Source of the DNA: Vicugna vicugna
Taxonomy: Eukaryota
NCBI GenBank assembly: GCA_013265495.1
Contig: MU058423.1
Location: 3,239,061-3,303,060, forward strand
Length of the DNA stretch: 64,000 nt
Direction: 5' to 3'
Below the pieces are notes generated by a model. That model made no database searches and was not told where the DNA came from. It was given only the letters and a program-made list of their open reading frames with translations. This document shows positions 40,528-51,009 of this stretch, piece by piece (the stretch's first letter is position 1; each line of letters starts with the position of its first letter). The position numbers and the translations under genes were made by a program.

Positions 40528-41101
40528 CGTGTGCCCGTTGGGCTCATCCTCCTCTCTTGCTCCGCGCTCACTTTCTGCCCTGCCATGCCCTGCTCTCAAG
40601 AGACACAAGTCACCTCCCCCAGCAAGCCGGCCAGGCCTGCGTGCCGCGGAGGAGGGCGGCGTACGGCTCCGCTCCGGCCGGCTCTCGGCGCGGGCCACCG
40701 CCCCGACCGAGGGGTCCGCGCGCCACGGGCTATGACCCTAAGTGCCCGCGATTCCACAGGACCGCCTACGGAGAAGGCCCTTGTGAAAACTGACATTCAG
40801 TTAGCCCTTCCTTCTGGGCGCTGTGGGAAAGCAGTTCCACGTTCAGGCTTGTCTGCAAAATACTTCATAGATGTAGGAGCTGGTGTCATAGATGAAGATC
40901 ATAGAGGAAATGGTGGTGGTGTACTATTTAATTTTGGCAGAGAAGACTTTGAAGGTGTTAGATGACACGGAAAGGGGCTCAGGAGGTTTTGGTTCCACTG
41001 GAAAGAATGAAAACTTATGCCAAGAACAAAAAAATGAGAAAATGTACTTTTTCCTTCAAAATAAAAACTTTGCTTAAAGTGTAAAAAAAATAAAAAATAA
41101 A
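40528..41101 (+). pseudogene. DUT: Processed pseudogene of dUTPase (DUT, nuclear isoform), antisense in FNDC7 intron 5
   Basis: Intronless dUTPase peptides spread over several frames (MPCSQET from ATG 40585; ALVKTDIQLALPSG; PRSGL; GAGVIDEDHRGN; LDDTERGSGGFGSTGKN); aataaa at 41060-41065, A tail at 41083-41101; exact 18-bp TSD aaacacatattcagaact (40510-40527 / 41102-41119). Confidence 0.96.
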
Positions 41102-41541
41102 AAACACATATTCAGAACTATAGACATTCTGTCTTTATCTTAAAAATAGCTCCCACCAAGCCTAGGTCTGCGAAACATGATGTAAATAAGAGGCCACTCT
41201 CCGTACTGCACAGGTAGAGCTGTGTATAACTCAAACTGGACCTTAGAATATTTATAACTTTATGAAGGAAAAAGCAAATTAATTAATGAAGGATCTGGAC
41301 TAGGAACCAGGCCTCCTAATTTTCAAAATAGTGCTTTTTCCAATGCACAAGATCTGGTTTCACTGTCAACACTATTCACACTTATCAGAATGCCCAGCTC
41401 AACGCTTTCATTTAGATCAGGCTTTCATTTTCATCTCTTCCAGAATGTTCTGGAACAGTATCGTGTGATTATTTGTTTCCCTTATGGCAGTCACTTTGGC
41501 TTGCCAGCCCCACAGATCTGATCCCACTCTTATTTACATAC

Positions 41542-41799
41542 CAGTTTTCAGGGTCACCGCTGAAGCTGATCTGCTAGATCCGGCATCATTACTTGCTAAA
41601 ACTGAGATCAGGTACTCAGTTCCACACTGGAGAGAGAAGATGGTGCAGGAACTGATAGTCGTACTACAGCTCAGCTTGGATGAGTCACTCAAAGCCATCA
41701 CAGTGTAGTTGAAAGCTCCTTCTGTCGGAGCCCATGAAACAGACGCCTTCAAAGCCCCACTGTCAAAAGAGACTTGAATGTTGGCGGGAGCGCGAGGAC
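41542..41799 (-). CDS. FNDC7: FNDC7 coding exon 5 (258 bp, FN3 repeat)
   Basis: (S)PRAPANIQVSFDSGALKASVSW...SAVTLKT; AG/GT boundaries, phase 1-1. Confidence 0.96.
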
Positions 41800-43307
41800 C
41801 TATATTTTTGAGAAACAATTAAGATTTTGCAGTAGCTTCAAGAACCCAGGTAAGATTTGGCCTAACAACATTGCAGAGCTTGGAGGATGAGGAATCCAGA
41901 TGTAGAATAATTGCAGTGTACAAAGCATAAAATTGGGACTTAGGATACCTGAGACCTGGTAACACATGTGCCATGAACTGTGCAAACTCATAATCAGCTG
42001 TATGATTTTGGCCATGTTATTTCATCTTTCTGTTATTTAATTTCTTTTCACATCTGTAAAATAAATCTAATAAGATCAGTCCCTAGTATATATGGATGCA
42101 TTGGCCTCTCCTGGGGCACAATCAATTCTTTGAGTATAGGAATCATGCTTTATTTGATTTTTTTTGTCCCCATCAGCTAACTATGCCCAGCACATAGTGA
42201 GTCCTCAATAAATGTTTGTGGAAGAAAGAATGGGTGAAGGCCTTCAAAGAGGTCCAGGGAGACTGGTTTGTCACAGACATCCTGACTCACCAGGCCTATC
42301 GTGAACCACCATAGGGCCACCATGCTATGATTTCTCCCTAGAGAAGCATTATAGAAGCAAGCCCTTCTCTACTCCCTATATTTCTGCCTTGGCCCGCAGA
42401 CAATGGAGCTTCCATTCCCCTCCAAACTTAAGGACTGTTTGGAGAGAACCTTTCCGGTTTCTTTCCACCTTTTTCTTGGTCCTCCCCAAGGGATGAAACA
42501 GCTAATCTGGTTGGTGAGTCTGACATCTATTAGGCCATGTTGTCAGAGGACGGCCCACTCTGCCTCCAGAGAAGGAAGCACTCGCTCCGCTTCCTCCTCT
42601 CTCCCTCTCACGCTTCGGCTGACGGCAGCAGCTAGGTTCGGGCTTCCACTTACCACCCAGTGGGATGCTCTGGTTGGGTGTCCCTGCAATGGGGATGGTG
42701 AAAGAACATACCCCATGCCCCAGCTTCTCGGCCTACAGCTGGAGGAGAGGTGGTGGGAAGCCCCACATCGGCCTCAGGCCTAAGTGAAGGCCTTTAGGAA
42801 ATACATCTGGAACACTGATTCTCACCACAGCATAAAGTGCCGCAACGGGAACTTTGTTTGCTGCTGCATCTCTAGATCAATGCCAGCTCAAAGTTGGTAC
42901 ACAGTCATTAAATGTCTGCTGAATAAATGAACTCTGGTTTGGCCCAATTCTTTTTGTCCATACTCTTGGTCTGAACCTAGGAAGGGACGATAGGTGACCG
43001 TAAACTTAACAAGAATTATCCCCTGCTGCGTGATATCGAACATGTATGCTGAAAATAAGTTGTCTATCCGAGGGGAAGGTGCCGTACTCCGTGTACGCTG
43101 AGCAGCATTTCTTTATACATGCAGTAAGCATTTTAGCTACCAAGGAGGAATTGTCAAAGCACTATAAATAAGCTCATAATAAATTTAAATACCTGCTGCC
43201 AGCTGCTCTGTACTTATCAGTTAACACTGCTCTCAGTGGCTGTAAAGCACAGCCCTTATCCTTAATCAAAAAGGAGAATGTCTGGGGCTGAGCTGAGAAG
43301 TCCTTAC

Positions 43308-43568
43308 TTGTTCTCTGATTGCAGGTGGAGTCGTCCCCAGGGGTTCCGTTGGCATTCCATGCGTAAGCCTTTATGGTGTAGAGAGTCCCGGCGTCTAAAC
43401 TGCTGAATGTCAAGGAGGTGTTGGTGGTATTCTCCTTCCATATCCTACCCAAACCATTAGCTCGCATAATGGACACAGAGAATCCCATTGCCATATATAC
43501 AGCTTCCCACTGCACTAGAATAGAGTCTGGACTTGGAGAGCTTACTTCTAGAATTGGTGCAGCCAGCA
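43308..43568 (-). CDS. FNDC7: FNDC7 coding exon 4 (261 bp, FN3 repeat)
   Basis: (V)LAAPILEVSSPSPDSILVQW...STCNQRT; tag acceptor, gtaagg donor. Confidence 0.96.
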
Positions 43569-43744
43569 CTACAAAGACAAAAACAAAAACATGCATTTGT
43601 GTTGTAAAATTACAATAGAGGATAATTCAACTTTAGGAATAGGTATGTTGAGGTTGATTATCCATATTATGAAATAATTATTTGCTTTGCAATAGGATTC
43701 ATGGCAGAGTTCCATTAAATAATTGCTATTTAAAAATGTATTAG

Positions 43745-43870
43745 AGGGGAGGGTATAGCTAGCTCAGTGGTAGAGCACGTGCTTAGCATGCACAAGGTCC
43801 TGGGTTCAATCCCCAGTACCTCCATGTAAAAAAAATTAAAAAAAAAAAACAAATCTAATTACCTACCCTT
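43745..43870 (+). mobile_element. tRNA-Ala-derived SINE (Vic-1-like)
   Basis: gggtatagctagctcagtggtagagcacgtgcttagcatgcacaaggtcctgggttcaatccccagtacctcca, then an A tract and ctaattacct. Confidence 0.9.
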
Positions 43871-44125
43871 TTTCAGAGATTTAAAAGGAGGAATGCTTTT
43901 AAAGATGCCCAGAAATGTGTTTTACTTTCCAAAGCATCTGGAATTAAAATACCACCTCCGCTACAGATATTTGAATTCTATAAAAACATCATTTGGTGGC
44001 TTTCACTTCTGGACACTGAATCACAGATACTCACGTGACACAAAATTACATCATGTATTTGCAACCTCAGTATAATTGATTCAGATCACAAGCAATTGCT
44101 CAACAGCAGATGAGCATCCAGCTAC

Positions 44126-44380
44126 CTGTCTTTGCCTGCTTTGGAGGTGATGCCTGGCTTCTCCCAGCGGCACTGATGGATCTGACAGTGATTTGGTACA
44201 AGGTTGCAGCCTTCAGGCCTGTCACAGTGCCTGGGGAATTGGCCACCATGGTTTCAATGACAGTGTTCCCGTCTTTGGCCGTAAGGAGGTAACTGGTGGC
44301 TCCTGGCACTGTAGCCCATTCCACAGTGATACTGTTGCTGATTTTTGAATACGCCTGATCAATAGTGGGTATTTGGGGAG
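44126..44380 (-). CDS. FNDC7: FNDC7 coding exon 3 (255 bp, FN3 repeat)
   Basis: (A)PQIPTIDQAYSKISNSITVEWATVPG...PPKQAKT; AG/GT boundaries, phase 1-1. Confidence 0.96.
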
Positions 44381-47300
44381 CTGAAAGAGATTTTGAATTT
44401 GTACATTAGCTAGGGTATCTCTAAGGATGATTTCTTTCATCATTTTACTTTTCAAACTAAATCATCCTCATGCCATCCTCCAGACATAAACTTTGCCCTT
44501 AATTTCCAGATCAAGAGAGAAACAGAGAAAGAAAGGCCAAGCCACTTTCCAGAAGACAACCAGAAAGCTCAAACCTGCCATTCAGGAATGGGATTTCAAA
44601 GAGGTTTTTCCCAGTTGTTTCTGGGATAATTTGCACTTTTTGTACTTTTACAAGAGTTAAATAAGAGTGGGGAGTGATTTGGGGAAAGAACTCTAAGAGG
44701 AGGGGGACAGTAATTGAGGGGCTTCGTTCTGGAGGATTCTACTCCAGTTTGGCATCTGTGACTCCCTGAGCCTGCTTGACCGTGACCTCCCCTCCCTGCC
44801 CCACCACTGTGCCCACTGCCTCCAGCGTGGGTCCGCCTCTGTCCCCCACCTCTGCCGTGGCCATGATTTGCATTCATGCACTTTGCACATTTCCCAGGTG
44901 GTATTCAATCTAACGGAGGAAGAGGGGGAACAGAGTTCTTCGCTGTACAATTGCTCCATCGTACTGTCTCTAATATTATCAGAGTGTAACGATTTTCAGA
45001 TTCTTTTATACAAGTTAAAACTGAACTTTATTCTCTCCTTCTCTATCAAAACATCTGCCCCAGCATAAGAATGAGATGCTGCGGTCCCTCCTCACCTGGG
45101 CCTGGCCATGGTTTGCCAGGAGGCTACAAGTGCTTCTATTATGCGTTTACATAAGGCATTCCTACACTTTGGGTATGGGGTAGGAGCCACAGCATGGTAA
45201 TTAGATTTGCTACTTTGCAAAACTCCACAGACGCAAGAATGCCCCGGGTGTAGGAGGTCCAAGTAGAAGAAAAGGTCAAACAAAAATAGCTGCGTTTTAG
45301 GTTTGAAACTGGCACTTGGCCCTTTGTGTTTAATGTACTGCATTTGCTGGATAAAATCACTATATGCCAAATTCAAAACTAAAGGGCAAAACAAAACTCT
45401 AGGGCAAAGAAGAGGAGTAAATACAGTCCAAATGTGTGATTTGCCAGTATCAACTCCCTCCCTCCAGCAGACCCCCACCTGCCAAATCCCCAAGTGCAGG
45501 ATACAGACAACCTTCTCTTTCTGTACCCGTAGCCCAGAGAACTGGCTTTGGCAGCATCTCAGAAATAACCACGCTGCAGATTGAACAAAGGGTCCACTGT
45601 GCACTGGCCAGACATTCCTTGAACATCACCCAGGACTGTCTCCTTCGCCATCAAAAGAAAACTATGATGGTTATATATGCTGGGGAGAAGTTGCAGGGGC
45701 TCATCTTAGCCATTTGCCAGCGGAAGCTAATTTGCAGGAAGTGCCCATGTCCCCTCCCCACTGCAGGATAGAAAGTCCCAGCAGGGGCTGTCACATTCGT
45801 CCCTCCCACACACTCACCCCCCAGTAATTGTCCTTTGTTATACACCTTCTTCTCTCTGGATTTGTGGTATCTCTCAACTCCTGCTGCTTCCTCTGTCCCC
45901 ATTGTTCATCTTATCTCCTGTTGGCCAGTCCTGCTCATTGGAATAGACTAACTTCCTAGACAAATGGCAACCAAACTAGACATTGGCATGACAGTGCCTT
46001 CATGGAGTGGTTTGAAAGGCATCTAAGGCTAGCACGACACAGACTCTCTCCCTGCAGGCCTGTCAAGGGGCTCCAGGACTCCCCAAAACTTGTCCCATTG
46101 GATTGAGCTGGGAGGGGCACATGTGCCCAGAACAGTAGTACAGGAAGCCAGTATCAGCAGGATGAAACACAGGGTTGCATGGTAGGAAAACAGCAAAGGA
46201 TTTGGATTTCAGAATGATGGGTTTGGGCCCTTGCTCTGCCATGTACGTCTGTCTATGAACATGCACAAGTGATTTAACCTCTTCCCATCTCCATTTTCTC
46301 CCTTAAGTATGTGGAATATTAATGATCCCTACATCTTTGGGTTGACTTTAAAGTGTAAAATACCTACATCTTAGGATTGTTGTAAAGATAGTGAAATAGT
46401 GTATGTAAAGGCACCTTGAAAGGTAGGAAGGGTGCACATATATGTGTGTCTGTACATGTGTGTGAATCAGGACAAGCATGTGTTGGGTCTGGACAAGCCA
46501 GACCGCGCACGTGGCACTGGCATGGAGGGGATGCTGCCAGGGCAGGTGGGATTCTGGAGAATCAGGGCTAAACACAGGCTGATGAGACAGACTGCTGTTT
46601 ACACATGGTTCCAGAGCAGGATCTGACCAGCAACAGCAAAGAAAAAAGATCAACACTTCTATACTACGTCTCCCTTGAAGAGATGAGAAGCTTGAGTAGG
46701 ACGTGTTAAGTAAGTCTCCATAAATTAGCAGCTGTTCTTCACTCTCTCTTAGTTCTATATTTGGCCCACTTACGGCATTGATGAAAGAGAAAAATGTAGC
46801 CCCTAGATCAGCAATCAACCACTCTGATTAGTTAAAAGCGAAACCCTTTGATTCCATGCATTCTACCAACTCAGAGATCTAAATTAGCCCATGTGGCCCC
46901 AGTGGCCAGCACAGACAGCTGATGCCAGAGCATGAAGAGAATCAAAAGACACACCCCAAACGAAACCTCCTATACAGTATCAACAAAACACATCACCTCT
47001 ATTGAAAAGCCAGGATGAGTCACTTAACAGCATCATGGGTACCACAGCTGGCCCCATCCTTCCTCTCAAAGACTGTAGGTAGCATGGGCCTAAAAGGGAC
47101 CCGTTCTGAGGGCCCAGTGTGTCCTGGGGGTCTGGGGACTTTCTGGAGATGGCAGAACTAGATTTTGCCTGATCCAAAAGCGGCGTATTTAGAAAAACCA
47201 CTTTGTATGTGGCCAAACAGTCCTCACAGCTTCCTGGTCAACCCTGAAGGTGTCTCAAGAATAAGTGAATAAGAATAATCCATGAAATAATCACTTTTAA

Positions 47301-48108
47301 AAACCTATTGTATATGCATGGATGTTATGGCTCAGCCCTACATGTTTATCAAACATTTTAATTACCTTATTTACTTTTCCTTTTCTGTGTTATGGACAAA
47401 ACAATAAATAAAAATTGTTCTTATTTATGCTGAACTGCTTTGAGAGTTTATTGGAGATCTAATTGATATTACTTGGTTCCTTCAGATAATATAAATCCCA
47501 TTGGACATAAATTTCCATTCTAGGGACTTATATGAACCAGGAGAGGCCTCTAGAGAAATTACCCTTGCCCTCAGTCCTTTATTCAAGAAAAAGGGTAATA
47601 AAGTTTTTAAAAAGAAATTTTTCCAGCTCTGGGTTATCATTGTCTATATTTTAAGGAAGCAATATTAGAAGTATAAAATCTTTTTTTTATTAAATTAGAG
47701 AATCTTAAAATTTTAATCAAGACTGTTTCTAGTTTTCCCTTCTAATTCCTCAGGAGACAAATAAGTTATATAAATTAGGCTCTTCATTCTTTATAACTAA
47801 AATTTTGTTTCTTTGACTGGAATGATGATCATTGCAATATTTTACTAATGGCTAACTGTACTTGAGAAAAATCTATGACTACACGACTCTACACATCTCA
47901 GTACTCAAGAAGAATATCTCACGGGGATGTATCTTTAAATTTTGATCCACGTTATTTGTCTTACCAGTTACGCTCACAGTATGAATGCTCAGAAAATGTT
48001 GAATATTTTTCCTGGTACAGCCTTTATACTTCAGGGTAGCCCAAGAATTAACAATGGAAAGTAAAATCAAACATGGGGAGGGTAAACTTGCATTTCAGAG
48101 AATTTTAC

Positions 48109-48127
48109 CTGTTTTTGCTGAAGCAAC
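48109..48127 (-). CDS. FNDC7: FNDC7 coding exon 2 (19-bp micro-exon)
   Basis: ttttcag|GTTGCTTCAGCAAAAACAG|gtaaaa, translating VASAKT; required to join phase-0 exon 1 to phase-1 exon 3. Confidence 0.92.
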
Positions 48128-48630
48128 CTGAAAAGGAAAGTTTAGAAAATTAGAACCATAAAGAAAAACACCATTTGGGGAAATGTAAAACCTAAATCAG
48201 AGCAGTAATATACTTATCACAACGTTTATAAAGTGAGTAATCTTCCAGGCCACACACAGTACTTATTTGCACAAATTATTTCCCAAAACTCAAATCTACC
48301 ACAAAGCAATCCTAAATAGAATTTAGAAGCTGGAAGCAGATCACATTACCATTTCATTTTTCTCCCTGAATCTGCCTATTGAACTAACTCAGTATCGGCT
48401 GACAGATTTTTCAGAAATCTTTGTTCTTAAAATATAATGATATTCTTGTTTTCGTTCTCTAGTAAATCGTGTTCAGTTTCAAACACACAAACATACACAG
48501 TTTTGGCCTGGTCCCCAAGTATTCTGATTTCTATCTCACCACCCCCTAGGCCCTCAAAAAAAGAGAAAGATATTGTATGACTTTTTTTCCCCCCTAAATA
48601 TTTGCAGGTAGGTCGGAATGGTAAACTCAC

Positions 48631-48693
48631 CATTTTAAGACAGATAAGACTGAATCCAATCACAGACAAACATGTCACCGGTCTACCAGCCAT
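48631..48693 (-). CDS. FNDC7: FNDC7 (fibronectin type III domain containing 7) coding exon 1, signal-peptide-like
   Basis: aggATGG start, MAGRPVTCLSVIGFSLICLKM, gtgagt donor; matches the FNDC7 N-terminus as I recall it. Confidence 0.93.
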
Positions 48694-49099
48694 CCTGTTG
48701 GATTTGGCACTCACATAGCACACACAAGGTGGGCAGGATCCTCTTTGGTCCCCAGGTGGGCAGCGCCGTTGGTCATTGGGATGTGGGGCTGTGATACTGG
48801 GAACAGACTCTGGGAAGTAGCTCCTCCCCTTTTGTGTGGTGATGACCTGTAACTAGGGGCACTTGGAGACTGGCAGGTACAGGTATTGCAAATACTGGAA
48901 AAAAGGAGAGTGGAAGAAAGCCATGCCAGGCGGGCCAAAAGACTACTGTAACCTGGGTTTCAAGGTAGTGGAGAATGTTTTCCTCTTCTATTAAAAATTG
49001 TTTTCTAATAAAATTTTTACAAAACTGTGTAGAAATTATTGACATAGTGGACAGATCATTTTAAACTTGGGGATCATAACCAGTTGTATTTATTCTTTT

Positions 49100-50255
49100 T
49101 CACCTTTATTTATTGTTCTTCTGCATCTATTGAAATGATCATGTGATTTCTTTTGTCGATGTGGTGTATCACATTGACTGATTTGCATATGCTGAACCAT
49201 CCTTGTGTCCTGGGATAAATCCAGCTTGATCATAGTGTATGACCTTTTTTATGTGTTGTTGGAATGTGTATGATAATATTTTGTTGAGAATTTTTGCATC
49301 TATGCTCATCAATGATATTGGCGTGTAATTTTCTTTTTTGGTAGTGTCTTTGTCTGGTTTTGGTATCAGGGAAATGGTGGCTTCACAGAATGAGTTTCTT
49401 CAGTCTTTTGGACGAGTTTGAGAAGGATCAGTATGAGTTCTTCTTTGCATGTTTAGTAGAATTCCCCGTGAAGCCATCTGGTCCTGGACTTTTGTTTGCA
49501 GGGTTTTTGTTTTTTTTTTTTAAATTGCTGATTCTATTTCACTTCTAGTGATCAGTCTGTTCAAACTATCTATTTTTTCTTAATTCAGTTTTGGTGGACT
49601 GTATATTTCTAGAAACTTGTCAGTTTCTTCTGGGTTGTCCCTATGTTGCCGCATAGTTGTTCATAGTATTCTCTTACGGTTTTTTGTATTTCTGTGATGT
49701 TGATTGTAATTTCTCCATTTTCCTTTCTTTTTGGTTTATTTATGCCCTCTCTCGGTGAGCCTGGCCAGAGGCTTGTCAGTTTTGTTTACTCTTCCAAAAA
49801 ACTAGCTCTTGGTTTGATTGATTTTTTCCCATTTTTTTAATCTCTGTTTTATTGATTTCCTCTCTGATCTTTATTACTCCTTTCCTTCTGCTGACTTGAG
49901 GTTTTGTTTGTCTTTTCCTTCTAATTGTTTTAGGTGGTAGGTTAGGTTGTTTATTTTGAGATTGTTCTTGTTTTTTGAGGAAGACCTGTGAACTTAGGAT
50001 TGCTTTTGCTGCATCCCATAGATTTTGTGTGGTTGTGTTTTTATTGTCAGTTGTCTCAAGGTATTTTTAAATTTCTTCTTCGATTTCATTGTTGACTCAT
50101 TGGTTATTTTAGTAGCACATTGTTTAGTCTGCATGCAGTCACTTTTTTTTCTCATTTTTCTTTTTGTGGTTGATTTCTAGTTTCATGCCATTGTGGTCAG
50201 AAAAGATGCTTGAAATAATTTCTATCCTGTTAAATTGCTGAGGCTTCTTTTGTGT
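49100..50255 (-). mobile_element. L1 ORF2 internal fragment
   Basis: T-rich antisense L1 hallmarks: ttctgcatctattgaaatgatcatgtg, gtgaagccatctggtcctggactt, ttgtggtcagaaaagatgcttga. Confidence 0.88.
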
Positions 50256-50339
50256 TATATTGTTCTTATTGTTGTTGTTTCAGTACAAAGTGATCAGCCC
50301 TGCCCTCCATGGCAGGGGGCAGGGCCAGTGGGGGAACTG

Positions 50340-50680
50340 GAGAGATGTTGTTTAGGGTACAAAGTTACAGCTAGTAGATAAATAAGTTCTGAGAATCTAA
50401 TGTACAAAATAGTGATTATAGTTAAGAATTCATATTGTAAACTTCAAAGTTGCTAAGAGACTAAATCTTCACTGTTCTCAACACACACCAAAAAATGATA
50501 CTTACATGATGCAACAGATGTAGATAGCTAATGCTACTGTAGCAATCATAGCAATATATAAATGTATCAAACTAACACTTTACTTCAAAGTTGACAATGT
50601 TATATGTCAATTATATTATTAAAAAATAAATAAAAAATAAAAATAATAAATAAAAAATAAAATAAAGAAAGAAAAAGAAA
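50340..50680 (+). mobile_element. L1 (L1MA-type) 3' end with A-rich tail
   Basis: gggtacaaagttacagctag...ttgctaagagactaaatctt...tatatgtcaattata, then an (aaaat)n tail. Confidence 0.75.
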
Positions 50681-51009
50681 GGGCAGGAGCATGTCCCTGT
50701 GCTGAGGAAGACAGTGGGAAGTCCTTAATGAGCACATTAAGTTCACCCGTCCTCAGCACCATCCTGCCGTTCTAGTACCTTTTATTTACAGAGCCCATCT
50801 TCCTAGTTTAAGCTCTTAATAATAGTTAGCATTTAATCCAAGCACTATAATATTTAATTCTAATAATAAATAAGCATGTAAATGAGTAATAAACTTCATT
50901 AACTGACTTGTATGAAATCACACAAATATTAATGGTAGAGCTGGAATTAAAACTCATCAGTCTGACCTCTGCTTCCAACCAAAATGGTAAAAGGGACTAG
51001 TTGTGCCCT

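Noticed and set aside
40531..41077. Functional dUTPase gene, or a viral-type dUTPase
   Set aside because: Multiple frameshifts, loss of motif IV and a mutated stop codon; poly-A and TSD mark it as a retrocopy of the host mRNA.
43750..43826. Apparent tRNA-Ala genes here and at the other SINE copies
   Set aside because: Each has the SINE tail, most have TSDs, and they carry stem-disrupting changes; they are SINE heads rather than tRNA genes.
44596..46818. Cluster of 90-170 aa ORFs in FNDC7 intron 2
   Set aside because: No recognisable homology, overlapping on both strands, and no coherent splice structure.
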